A stretch of 32,151 nucleotides of DNA from Klebsormidium nitens (Eukaryota; Plantae; Klebsormidiophyceae): contig DF237745.1 of NCBI GenBank assembly GCA_000708835.1, positions 1 to 32,151 of the forward strand, written 5' to 3'. Positions 1-11,055 of the stretch are shown piece after piece. How positions within the stretch are numbered: position 1 is the stretch's first letter; each line of letters opens with the position of its first letter. Both the position numbers and the translations under genes were made by a program. The notes beneath the pieces were generated by a model. The model was not told the DNA's origin. It was given only the letters and a program-made list of their open reading frames with translations, and made no database searches.

Positions 1-49
1 GGGTTTGAGCGGTTAGACTTAACCATAGCCCAAACGTCACAGAAACGTT

Positions 50-2807
50 GTGTCTGGTCAAAGAGGGGGGCTAGGAGCGCATAAGTACTCCGAGATTCAC
101 ATCCAGAATGCTCAGATGATGTTCCTGTCAAGCGAAAGGCTTGTCAAGGCACTTGCAGACGGCAACGGGGACAAGCTCTGGCACCTGTTCAAAGACCAAG
201 CCGCAAGCCCCCAGTCTCAACAGGACCTGCTCACCTGTCGGGAATTGGGCGATCGCCTTACAGCGCTTTTCGTCAACATCATCATCCTGCACGTGCCCCG
301 ACCTCCCCAGCAACAGCCTTTGCAGAGGAATTACCTGAGGAGTTTTGAGCCGCTTAAGCCAAGGAGTAGAAAAGCGAAAGACCTAGAGAAGATAAGAGCA
401 AAGAAGACGCTTATAGTCATGAAAAGGCTGTTAGAAGCGGAGAGGCAAGGGCGGTCGCTTGGCACGAACCTAACTGTAACAACTCCAATCTCTTTGGCCC
501 TGTTTGATGCCGCGGGCGATATGCGTAAAGGGTCAAAAAGCGATTTTAACAGGTTTCTTGTCGAGAACGAATTTCCACAAACGCTCTCCAACCGCTACCC
601 CGCGACAACCTGCTGGATCCTAGAGGGCATGTTCATGATCAACTCAGTGCCGCTCGCAAACTGTGTCTACCTCAAGGACTATGTGTACCAGCTTGTGGGC
701 AGGTGGATTAAGTGGAGGCTCCAAGGTAAGGACTCACGACTGTACTCCTTCAGGTCATCTTGAAGGGTTTGTACTCTAAAAGTGTACCACACAGTACGGT
801 GTAAAACAGGGACAACCAAAACAATACCGACCAAAACGGACCGAATGAAGACTAATCTAGATCTATGATATCTCTGAAGGAAACGGTTAACCATTGTAAC
901 TTGCTAGAGCATCTTACGTCGACTGTACTTCTTTGAGGTGCTTCTATTGACTTGGTACAACCGAAGGGGCCCAGACGCTTGCTTTGCCTAGTTCGACCGG
1001 CCTAATCTGGTATTTGACCTGCGAAGAATGTAAAGCGGCAATCAAAAGCTCGAGAAAGCACCGAACAGACTAGCTTACTCATTACCTTCTCAGGTCCCCT
1101 GGTGAACCGGGTGGAGGTGGTCTTTGACGATCGACGGCACTCGACCGGGATGAAGAGCTTCCTGCAGGCCAAAAGGGCCGAGTCAGCGGGAGGCTCCGAC
1201 GACTCCACCACCAACCTCACTGCCGAGTCCCCCGTCCCCCATACCAACAAGGCGTGGGGCAGCTTCTTGCCAGCGCAAAACTGAAGCGCCAGCTGATCAA
1301 CATCGTAAGCGACATCCTGCCGGGGCTGGTCACACCTCTCCTTCGGGAAGGGCAGACTTGTCTGCTCGCTGGCGGTTTCGACGGCGGGCAGTTTGAGAAC
1401 AAGGCGTGCGTCATCACTCGTGTCAACGGCGAAGTTGCGGTAAGCGTGGGGGACGAGTACCTAAGCAATCACGCCGAGGCGGACACCCGAGTCTGGCTGC
1501 ATGCGCATAAGTGTCCGGAAGACACCATTGTCGTCTATTCCCCCGATTCGGACGTCCTAATGGTGGGCCTGCTCACCTTCGAGCGGTGGAGTGCGCAGCG
1601 CTTGGAGAGGCCGGGTAGCAGGCAGGTGTACGTCCTGTCCAGATCAGCCGGTCGCGAGGTGAAGAAGCGAACGAGCCGGGTATTGTCGACGTCAACCAGC
1701 TGGTCGGGGCCATCCAGGGTCATCCCCATCTCCAGTCCATCGAAGCTGCACAGCGAGTGAGAAGCCTGGTTAGTCTGTTTGTCCTCACCGGATGCGACTT
1801 TGTCTCCTTCTTTAGCGGCATTAGCAAGCGCACGTTCCTCAAAAACTTCTACCAGGAAGCGCATTTTGTGAGCGGGCTGGCAGGCTGCACTTTAGCAGAT
1901 TGGGAAGAGATGACAACTCGACCTCCGGGGGATGCACGATCTGGGGGGGAATTGGCTGGGGAGCCGGCGAAGGCGCACGGAGTTTCGGGTGCGGCGGCAG
2001 AAGAGTTAGGAGGTGCATATGGGGCGTTTTTGAGGATGGTGGGAGTTGCTTACTTCTTGAGATACAGAGCCAGGCTGGTCGAAGAAACGGCTCCTCGCTC
2101 GTTCTCAACCTTGACCGGGGGCGCCGACTCACGCGACGCTGCTGCAGTGGAGAGATGGCTAGAAGCAGTTCGGGACTGGACGTGGACGGCATCTGCAGGG
2201 GAGGAAGGGAATGTGCCGTCAGCTGGGGCCCTCTTGTTCCACTTCCTGAGGGGTGTGCTGGTCCTAAAAATCTGGGACTCGGCATGCACGGGCTGGATGA
2301 GCGTCCCCGCAGTAGGGGAATTTGGCTACAAGCGCGATGCGAGCACGGGGCAGCTGGGGGGCCTTGAATGCTGCCGCTGTGGGCGACCGAGAAACAGGGA
2401 CTGCGGTTGGGGGCGGAAATGGCTCACCGACGAGCTCTGGCGTGGAGAGTGGCGTCAATGCCGGAGTGGGGGGAGGGGACTGGACACCGTCCGGTCCTCC
2501 CCAAGGAAGCAGCGTATCGACCGACGGTCCTGGAGAGACGGAGAGGGGAACCCCAAGTGCTGGTCCCAGCGGGGGCGTCGTTGCAAGCCAAAGTTTCGAG
2601 GGGGGGGGGTGGGAGCCTGCAAGCGCACGGGGCATCTTTGGTGAAGCGCTCTCGGACAGTGAATCTGACGATGGTTGGTCGGACGACGATGACGACGACG
2701 ATGAGGAAGCGGACATTGAGGAGGATATGGGCCTTGGGGTGGGGGAGGCTTTCACGGACGAAGAGCCTGAGCTCGAGCAAGAGGGCCAAACTGGGGTGAC
2801 TGACTGA
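50..2807 (+). mobile_element. Frameshifted FEN1/XPG-family (PIN-fold) nuclease ORF, probable C-terminal part of an AcademX-like DNA transposon protein; 5' part probably lies outside the window
   Basis: Joining 116..725 to 1094..2807 across a phase-1 GT-AG intron, with frame corrections near 1269, 1637 and 2360, gives about 774 aa with no stops. 5'-nuclease acidic motifs appear in order: WILEG (611-628), VVFDD (~1117-1131), NHAEADT (~1467-1487), YSPDSDV (~1536-1556), H3TH LFVLTGCDF (~1775-1801). Then VPSAGALLFHFLRGVLVLKIWDSAC..GEFGY and an acidic tail (SDDDDDDDEE). The nuclease fold is well supported; the Academ assignment rests on recalled family architecture. Confidence 0.65.
726..1093 (+). 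other. Spliceosomal intron inside the XPG-like ORF
   Basis: Donor CAAG|GTAAGG at 726 and acceptor TTCTCAG|GT at 1093. Removal fuses frame +2 (..KWRLQ) to frame +1 (GPLVNRVEVVFDD) with matching phase 1. Confidence 0.8.
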
Positions 2808-2820
2808 GAGGCACCACCCG

Positions 2821-2897
2821 GGGGTGAGAAGCCTGTACTTCTCTAGCACCAAGTTACACAATAGGACTTCAATGGTCTTCCATTGAAGCATCACCCC
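2821..2897. repeat. Nested inverted repeat (hairpin) just downstream of the XPG-like ORF
   Basis: CTTCAATGG (2867-2875) / TCTT loop / CCATTGAAG (2880-2888), a perfect 9-bp stem. It is enclosed by GGGGTGA (2821-2827) / TCACCCC (2891-2897). Confidence 0.7.
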
Positions 2898-3287
2898 GTC
2901 CCAAGTCCTTCACTGCTTGCATCCTTTCCTTTTATTTGCAATCTCCAAATAGCCATACCTACTTGGAACTGCAAAGACTGTTGCGAGAAGACCTGGAGGC
3001 TGGCTGATTGAGTTTACAGATGCTCTGCACATCAGCGCTGACTTACCTCACATCGTATCTGCAGTGCGCCAAGAGCGCTTCGCGCCCCTAGGCAGTGCCT
3101 CCCCCGTACACCATCCCCCTCTTTTCAGGTAGGCGCTCAAGTAGCACCCAGGCTGCGCTCGCTTGAGACCTTGCCAAGGCTGTGCGCGCTTCGAACCTGC
3201 CTAAGTGCCATTTCCCTTCGTCTCTGAGCGCCCCTGCTCCTTTGCAAAACATGCGCGCGCCCTGGGCCATGGCTCAAGGTCATACCC

Positions 3288-5105
3288 TCACTGGCCAACA
3301 CCCCTCGTGCACGTTGTGTGTCCCTGCCCCTGGCCCAAGCTGGGCCGCCTGACCCTTGCCTGAGCCTTGCATGTCCTCTTGAATGCACTGCTGGCGTGCT
3401 TATTGCTTGCCGCCCCCAACACTTGCAGGCGCGCTGAGCTCTGCTGCCCCCCATCCCCTCTGTCATAGTACAACCAGGTGCAAGGCGCCCCCACTTTCGA
3501 ACTTTCGAAGGCCCCGCGCTCGCGATCACCTCCCCTGTTTACCGCGGGGCCACTGCGCGCTGGGCGCTTGCCGCCCCTGCCAGCAACACTTGCTGCTGCC
3601 GTGGGCCCTGCCTGGTGCAAACTCCCCCCTGGCGGCGAAGGCCCCGGCGTGCTCAGCGCCTGCCGCCCCTGCTTTGTCACTTGCTGGCGCCGTGCGCCCT
3701 GCCTGGCCCCCAGTCGGGCCTGTGTACAGCATGCCTCCGCGCGCAGCCACACCTTTTCCAGGCTGTAGCGCACGCTGGGTGCTTGGCGGTCCTGGCGGTT
3801 GAACCGCTGGGGACGCCCACCTCCTGATTCTGCACAGGTTGACATTAAGGTAAGATATTCACTTTGTCTCATCAAAATGTTCAAAAGTCAATGCCTTCTT
3901 CATCCGGGGGTTGTACTATTGTCGCAACGCTTGTGATCAACGATCGCGCTTTTGCTCTTCTGCCCCTCAAATCTGTACGTCATAGCGGCAGCTGAACACT
4001 CGCATTTGCGAGCTAGCGGGCCATCATGCAGCAGCGGCTGAATGTCTGGGGCATTGCATCGAAACTCAGAGGGGCACCAAGGTGAGAAGTGATGGGTCAA
4101 GACCTTAAAACCATATGATTAGAAGCCTTCAAGGATACAGGGTCACTACACGAATCAATATTGCATCGCCAGTTGCGTGTGTGGCCCCTTCTCTGAAACT
4201 GGTGCGCAGATTATGGGTCAGATGCTCACCTCTTTTTTTATGCATGTTGCTGGCAGGGGGAGGTCTGGCTGCCGGTGCTTTGATGGCCAGTGTGACCAGC
4301 CCATCCACAGCGGCACGGTGCCTTGCTGCTAAATATCGAAGCAGCAGCAAGAACTCCACCTGCGCAGTGAGCAAGACAGTTTGTTTTTGCTTCTTAGCCC
4401 ATGATTAGAGCTTGAGCTTGATGAGCATTGTGTCTGGCTTTGTTGAATTACAATCGTAATCCACATTCACTTCTCCTGCCCGGCCAGACTTTTGCCCGCC
4501 AAATTTTATAGAAATGCTAGAAGTGGGTCTTTTCAACATGAGTTTGTGTTGCGAATCCTCATATGGATTCTCAGAACTATCACAGTAAAACAAGTTGCGG
4601 TCAATGTGGATGTTGAGCTGAATGCTGCCACTGCGATTGCTGCAATTTCATAAGCTTTGTCCAGGCCTTGGACAATGCAGAACAGGATGCAGGACTTCAA
4701 GCAACATGTTCTGACAGAGGTTATACCTTCGTTCTTAAGACAAGGTGATTTTACTGGATTCAAATGTAAGGCATCAGGCGCGTTGGTACAACTGCAAAAA
4801 TGAAAATGCACTTTCTGCTCTGCAGGTAGCTTATTGTCTGGCTTATAGCAAACCACTGCAATTGACCTGAACCAGGCACTAGAAGACACTAGGCTTCCGA
4901 GCAACCCGTAGATTTTGTACAGGATGTTGCCAGTCCATTGAATGCTCACCGTAGGTTGTCCCCCCCGAGTGCCACCTTCGGATGCCCACAATGAGTGCAG
5001 GCATGCATCCCTGCATAGTGTCTTGCATTTCCAGTTGCACCGAAAGCAATCGGACGATGCCACAATGATATGTGCGCCCCCAATACTCAAATGGTCTATG
5101 AGGCA
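3288..5105 (-). pseudogene. Degenerate multi-exon minus-strand gene relic of unknown family
   Basis: Exon-like blocks with this genome's splice signals: 5105-4950 (TTCTCAG|..|GTGAGC; PHRPFEYWGRTYHCG..RWHSGG), 4359-4230 (GCGCAG|..|GTGAGC; VEFLLLLRYLAARHRAAVDGLV..) and an acceptor at 3830 (TGTGCAG). The middle exons do not phase cleanly, and an internal repeat indicates a frameshift. Confidence 0.3.
3564..3706. repeat. Imperfect ~52-bp direct repeat, 2 copies
   Basis: 3564-3615 and 3656-3706 align at about 42/52 positions (shared TGCCGCCCCTGC, CACTTGCTG, GCCCTGCCTGG). Confidence 0.8.
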
Positions 5106-5562
5106 CTGAGAATGCCATGAAATTTCACCACATTTCTCATGGCCGCTGCGCTCTATCGACTTGCAGCCAGAACATGTCCTTGCGGTTTGAGGTAGCTACG
5201 GGGGCCCTCTTAGGGTTGGCACCCTTACTTACATCAAAATGGCGTCTACAGCCTCCCTGTCAGTTGTGGAATGTCCCAAGGTTTCTGATCTGTTGCTGTC
5301 AAGAGCAGCCATTCGGACACCGTCTTAGAATCTTGTGCCGATTCGGACATGTTCCAACAGCGTCCGAATCTTTTGAGCCACTATAGGCGATGACGTGTCA
5401 CACATGGCTGAATCAACCAATGCGGGATACAGATGCCTGTTTCTGAGATTCGGCGTTCCGCGTGAGAGTCTACACTCTAAGATTAGAGACTAGAGTGCAA
5501 CGCAGCAAAACTTGATGCTTTCTGCAGGGTGATCCAAGCGTGTTCATTGTGTTCCTCGCGCC

Positions 5563-8500
5563 ATGGCTGCCTCGTCGATCGCCTCTCCTGTCGCCCAGCT
5601 TGTCCCTGTCGCTGCTTATCGCAAAGCCTCCGCCTCAGCTGCATCAAGAGACTCTCACTGGTTGTGCCCAACATTGTCGCTGCCACAATGCCTCGGCGCA
5701 TTGGGCGGGCAGTCCGCCTTCCTGTCCGGTCCGATCCTTTCCAGGAAGGGGGAGTCCCAGCGGCAGTGCTTCTCCCGAGGCTTGCAGGTGCGGTGCGCAA
5801 AGGCTGCCACATCCGGCAATGTGGCTGAAGATATCAAGCAGCACACGCGCCTGCATGACCTGTACAACCAGCAGGGGCAGAGCCCATGGCTGGACAATCT
5901 CACCAGGTACAGAAATTCCCCCAGCTCTTGGCCAGGTTCTTTGTCACTGGGCTAGATCTCTATGAAAGCACAGCAGCATTCTAGTTCATGCAGTGTTTTG
6001 TGGGGGCTCATGTGCCGGTGTTGGACCAAGTCCCACCATTCTTTTCCTATCTTTGTCCTGCTCCCCTTATCGGTTCGCGAAGTGCCAAGACAATTGCCAG
6101 CGGCTTGCATGTAAAGGAGAATTAGGTTGTCAATGTTCTTCTACCCCCAGATCATCTGCTCAATTGACCATGCGGAGTGAGCTGGCACTGTGATGATATT
6201 TGACGTAAACATTGTGGTCAGCTTGAAGCATATGCGGCTGCCGCACAGGCCCAGAATTGTATACCTGCGATCAAGCGTTGGGCATGCTCGGCTGCAGGGA
6301 CGACCTCCAGGACGGCAAGCTGCAGGAGTGGGTGGACAAGGGCATCAGGTGGGGGCACACCCAGCCACAAGCCCGCACACCCTCTATGTAGCACCAACTC
6401 ACTACGACCCCGCTTGTATTGCTTGCACAGGCCTGTTTACATCTGCTTTGCAGAACTTCACAGCATTGCGGTATTTGGACTCCCTTATGTGTGAAAAAGT
6501 CCTGGCTGCACTGGGCTTCCTCCATGTGATCCTTCCTCTGGCGACGCCCCTATCCGACATGCGGGCGGTGTGTGATGTGTGCAGGGGTGTGACGGACAAC
6601 CCGAGCATCTTTGAGAAAGCAGTGATGCACTCGGATCGCTACGATGGTCAGTACCGGGAGCTCATTGCAGCGGGAAAGACTGTGGAGCAGAGCTACTGGG
6701 AGCTGCAGATCACAGACATCAACGACGCGCTTGAGGTGAGCGCCCACGTAATGGACCAACGCTGTGCACAAGGTGTTCGGAAGTCGGGCGCCATAAGTCA
6801 GCCTCTGCGCTTCGTGTAAGAGTGCAGTCAAAACCACAATAGCAGGCTTCGGTTTCCATTGACCCCTTGAAGGGGGCCTATGTGTCGAATGACATCTTTC
6901 AGAGCGCTCTTGTGACTTACACATGGGGCGTCACATAGTCGCGTTTGCACTCAGGTGCTGTGGCCTGTGTATGCGGCCAGCCATGGGGAGGACGGCTACA
7001 TCAGCATCGAGGTGTCCCCTGAGGTGGCCCTTGACACGCAGCGTACCATTGACTCCGCACGCTACCTGCACGGCAGGTCAGCTCACCGCTTGTTGTTTAG
7101 AAGACGAAAATGCCAGGCTTGAGTGTCTAAGAAGTATAAAACACATGTTTCAGGATGATCTTGGGTCTTTGTTTCCTGCAAACTGACGTTGACTGTACTT
7201 AACCTGGTGGGTTTCGCCCCCCTTCGACGGGATTGTGACCTTTAAAAAATCACAGGTGTTCGGTGGTGCTTAGTTGTTCTGCTGACGGCTCCTGACATTC
7301 TGCTGGGCGCAGGATCAACAAGCCGAACCTGATGATCAAGATCCCGGCCACCAAGGAGGGCGTCCCCGCCATCCAGCGCATGATCGCGGAAGGCCGGAAC
7401 GTGAACGTTACAGTAGGTTCCGATCAAACGCTGATGCTCCACTCCTTTGATCTGCCAGTTCCTTGCGTCCCCTGCGTGAGCTGGCTTATAGGCACCATTT
7501 GATGTGGCCCAATGAACCGGCTAAACCGCCTCATACACGATTTGCAACCTCACAGATTATGCATCCTGGAGGAAGGCTGCAATCAGGAACGGCGGGACGC
7601 GAGTCCTCCCTTATACTTCCGAGCACTTCCTCAATCGGAGTCTCTTGTCCATGTCTCCGGCCTTTCCTCTCCTCTCATCGCGCTGACGCCTGCCTGGCGT
7701 GCTTGCAGCTCATCTTTTCGCTGACGCGGTACGAGGCGGTGATTGACGCGTACCTGGCGGGCCTGGAGGAGGCTGCTGAGCAGCTATCAGCCGAGAAAGT
7801 AGCGGCCATCTCCAGCGTTGCGTCCTTCTTCGTCAGGTGCAACATTCTCCCCTCCCCTAGCAGAAACTTTTTGGCGGGACACGCAAGGTCGTCTGATTGC
7901 CCCCCACTGGGGCAACCGTTTGAAGACTGTATCCACGTGTTTCAAGGCCCAGGACTGGAGGGCTGCAACTTTTTACGTTTGTCAGTGGTCCTTTTTGAGG
8001 ACGGCGCTTGGTAAGAAGGGCATGGCTTCTGTGTGCCCCAGCCAATGTAAACGTTGCTTGGTCGAGGGTTGCAAAATCTGCAGTAAAACGAGCACGTTCC
8101 TTAACTTTCATGTCTATCATTCTTTTCATCATCTGCTCGTGGTCGTGTGTCGCTGAAAGCACCATTTCCCCGAGTTGATTGGAGTTGCGCCTTTAGAACT
8201 GTCCTGCTTGGAGGCCCGCTGATGCTGACGTGGCGGTGTTGTGTGCAGCCGCGTGGACACGGAGGTGGATAAGCGGCTGGACGCGATCGGCACGCCCGAG
8301 GCGCAGGCGCTCAAGGGGAAGGCCGCCGTCGCGCAGGCCAAGCTCGCGTACGAACTTGCGCAAAAGTGAGCGGGCTCTTCGGCACCACTTGCGCCTCCTT
8401 CACTTCGACACAGTCTCGCAGCATCCGCCGCGGGGTTTTGCGGCAAAGGAAGGTGATATCGTGCGGCGATCCGACAAGCTCCTCTAGCTTAAGTCATGGC

Positions 8501-9994
8501 GGTCAACACATAGCGAGTGACCTTACAAAGCACTGTACGCTTCACGAGCAGGTGTTTGCGTTTCGTTGGTTTGGCCTCTGGCAACTCGTCCGAGAAGGCG
8601 CATTTTACTTCAGTCAGAACTTGTTGACAGGCGACGCGTGGGTCGAGACACAGCGTGACCCTGTAAGTCACTTTAGATTGAAATCTCATCGGCGAGGTTT
8701 GGCAGACATGCTTTTGCCCCCTGCAGAAATCCCAGTCGAAATCGAGAAGCGGTAAATAGAGGTACTGAAGGACCGCGCCACATACAAAGTCCTCAGCAGT
8801 GAAACGAAACGACACGTCTCTGCTACAATACCAACTACACAGGATTTCACATGCTCGGAACCACTCAAAGCCGACCGTTCATCAAAAGGGGGTCTGCGTC
8901 TCAAAGGCCAGATGGGCTTGTATCTCAAGACGTCAAGCTGCGGTATCGCATACACTTGTGCAGTCTTTCCGTCCTCCTGGGCAACAAGAGGATGGTACCC
9001 CATTTCATCGCCAGTCCGCGAAGTTGAGGTGTGACAGCCCAAGTCCGTTGCTGCTTCTTAAACCACCCCCCTTTTCCTGCTGTGCAGCAAGTTCAGCGGC
9101 CCGCGGTGGCAGGGGCTGGCGACGCGCGCGAGCGCCAAGATGCAGCGGCCGCTGTGGGCGAGCACGGGGACCAAGAACGCCGCGTACCCGGACACGCTGT
9201 ACGTGGACCAGCTCATCGGGCCCGCCACCGTCAACACCATGCCCGAGAAAACCATCCAGGTGGGGCACGCCGGGCAGGCCACGTGGCGCCCCCGGGCACT
9301 CTGCGACTGCGGTCGCTCGCGATCTTCGTGGGCTGCGCCCAATTGACATCTGCAGCAGTATCGGTTGCCACGAAGGGACTGCCAAGACAACAGGCGCGCC
9401 TGCTCGGAGGTTCTCCGATTGCTTTGGAAGAGTGCTCTGGTTTTACACGTACCTCGACATCCGTGGTGTAGGTTTTGGGGGTTTTAGGATTTTAGGGAGT
9501 CACGACGGATGGACTCGTGCTGTGTGCAGGCGTTCATGGACCACGGCAGTGTGGCCCGCACTGTGGACCAGGAACTGGACGACGCGCACGCCACCATGCG
9601 AAAGCTCAAAGAGGTGACTCCTGCCGACCCTCACCATGACGACCACCGCTCGGGGCTGCGGCCTGCCTCTTATCGTGTTGTATCCATGTTTCGCATGAAA
9701 CCTCGTTTTCGAAGAAGTCGCACTCAAGCCGTTGTTCGTCGCAATCCGTTGGAATCAAAGTTGCGCATGTGTCTTCATTGCGGGCCGTTACGGCTATTGT
9801 CGCTCTCTAAATGGTGACTTTCGTGAAGCGAGGCTGACAAGTCCGCTCCGCGGCGCTTCTGTGCCCAGATCGGCATCGACATGGAGGACGTGGCGACGAC
9901 GCTGGAGAAGGCGGGCCTGGACTCCTTCGGGCAGTCGTTCTCGTCGCTGATGGACAGCCTGACCAAGAAGTCGGAGCAGCTCACGCCCGCCTAG
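5563..9994 (+). CDS. tal: Transaldolase (plant/cyanobacterial type), plastid-targeted, 10 exons, 464 aa
   Basis: join(5563..5906,6298..6348,6585..6735,6955..7076,7313..7412,7709..7836,8249..8365,9088..9259,9530..9613,9869..9994) = 1395 nt. Motifs: [27 protein letters not shown], catalytic Lys in NLMIKIPAT (AAG 7338-7340), [32 protein letters not shown]. Ser/Ala-rich N-terminal transit-like peptide. Confidence 0.95.
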
Positions 9995-10499
9995 GCGCAC
10001 GCCGGCACCCGGGGGAGCGGGGAATCGGGTGTGCACCCACCAGGAGGGACGCGGAGAGAGATCATGCATCAGGAGCGGACCGGAGGAGCCCCTCGGCTTG
10101 CCAACCCAATGATGATGTAACAATACAGTGAACGCTTAGGGCCAGATGTCAAATATAGGTGTAAGCATATGGTGCATGCCAGGCTGTACAATATTACGCA
10201 CGCTTTCAATGGAAAAAAAAGGACGCTTTGCAGGATATCCTTGTACAAGTAAGTCGGAGGTTCCGCCCAAATCCCTGTGAAAACCAAGCTGGAAAAGTTT
10301 TGTTCCGAAGGATACGTCGTTTGATCGAGGGACGTGTAGCTGCTCATGCATGCTTGGTCGCGTACGATTTTATTCAAGTCAGAGCAATGAAAGTACGTTT
10401 CTGGCTGACAATCTATTCACCTGGCAAGCCGGGTTGGGCATAATCGTCCGTGAGTCGGTAGTACAGCGCACTCCTCAAATAGTTCTTTGGCGATGTAGG

Positions 10500-10965
10500 G
10501 ACGTAAACTGTCATCTGTACGCCATGCGCGCTGGCGGCAGCATGCGTGCTGCAGCGGCCCGAGCCTGTGTACACTCGAAGTTGAGCATGCAGGAGTAAAT
10601 AGTTGTACCGACTCATTGAATGCTTATCACTTAGTGTGCAAAAGTAAGTTGAGAAGCATGGTCGAATGGCATACTACCACGCGCACGATGTTGTGCGGTC
10701 GCGCGGCGCGCAACCGCAGCCAGAATGTCTGCCATGGCCAGCTAGATTCATGAACGAGTACGGTGGACACTGAGCGCGGTGGTGCACACATGACCGTACG
10801 TATATTTGATCGCTATGCTAGCTAGCTGTGGGAGTCGCGATCGGATCCATGAAATTATGATTCTTCTGCACTTGGCCGGGCGCTGACTCATTGTAGAATT
10901 GGTTGTATTGTAGTCGTACTGCATGAGACTCCTGCATGAAAATCAAATCAAGTACGACTACGCAG
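10500..10965. other. Palindrome-dense patch in the tal/nagZ convergent gap
   Basis: About 31 palindromic 4-mers in 10681-10860 (hand count; ~11 expected per 180 bp). Includes TTCATGAA, GCTAGCTAGC, TCGCGATCGGATCC and an 11-bp inverted repeat GTAGTCGTACT (10910-10920) / AGTACGACTAC (10951-10961). Confidence 0.7.
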
Positions 10966-11055
10966 ATTCAAACGAGCTTTTTGAACCAAAATTTCCAGGG
11001 TTGCACGTTTACTTCGATCACGTTCTCACACCTAAGGCAATGTCTGTACACCTTT

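Noticed and set aside
1261-1640. Programmed -1 frameshifting in the XPG-like ORF
   Set aside because: No X XXY YYZ slippery heptamer at either junction; simple indels explain the breaks.
2867-2905. Helitron 3' end (hairpin plus CTRR)
   Set aside because: No CTRR about 10-12 nt after the stem, and no Rep/helicase motifs in the ORF.
3088-3270. DEGKWHLGRFE..ALARSQA resembles part of an AP2 domain
   Set aside because: Too short and lacking the YRGV and AA.AYD hallmarks; cannot be supported without a profile search.
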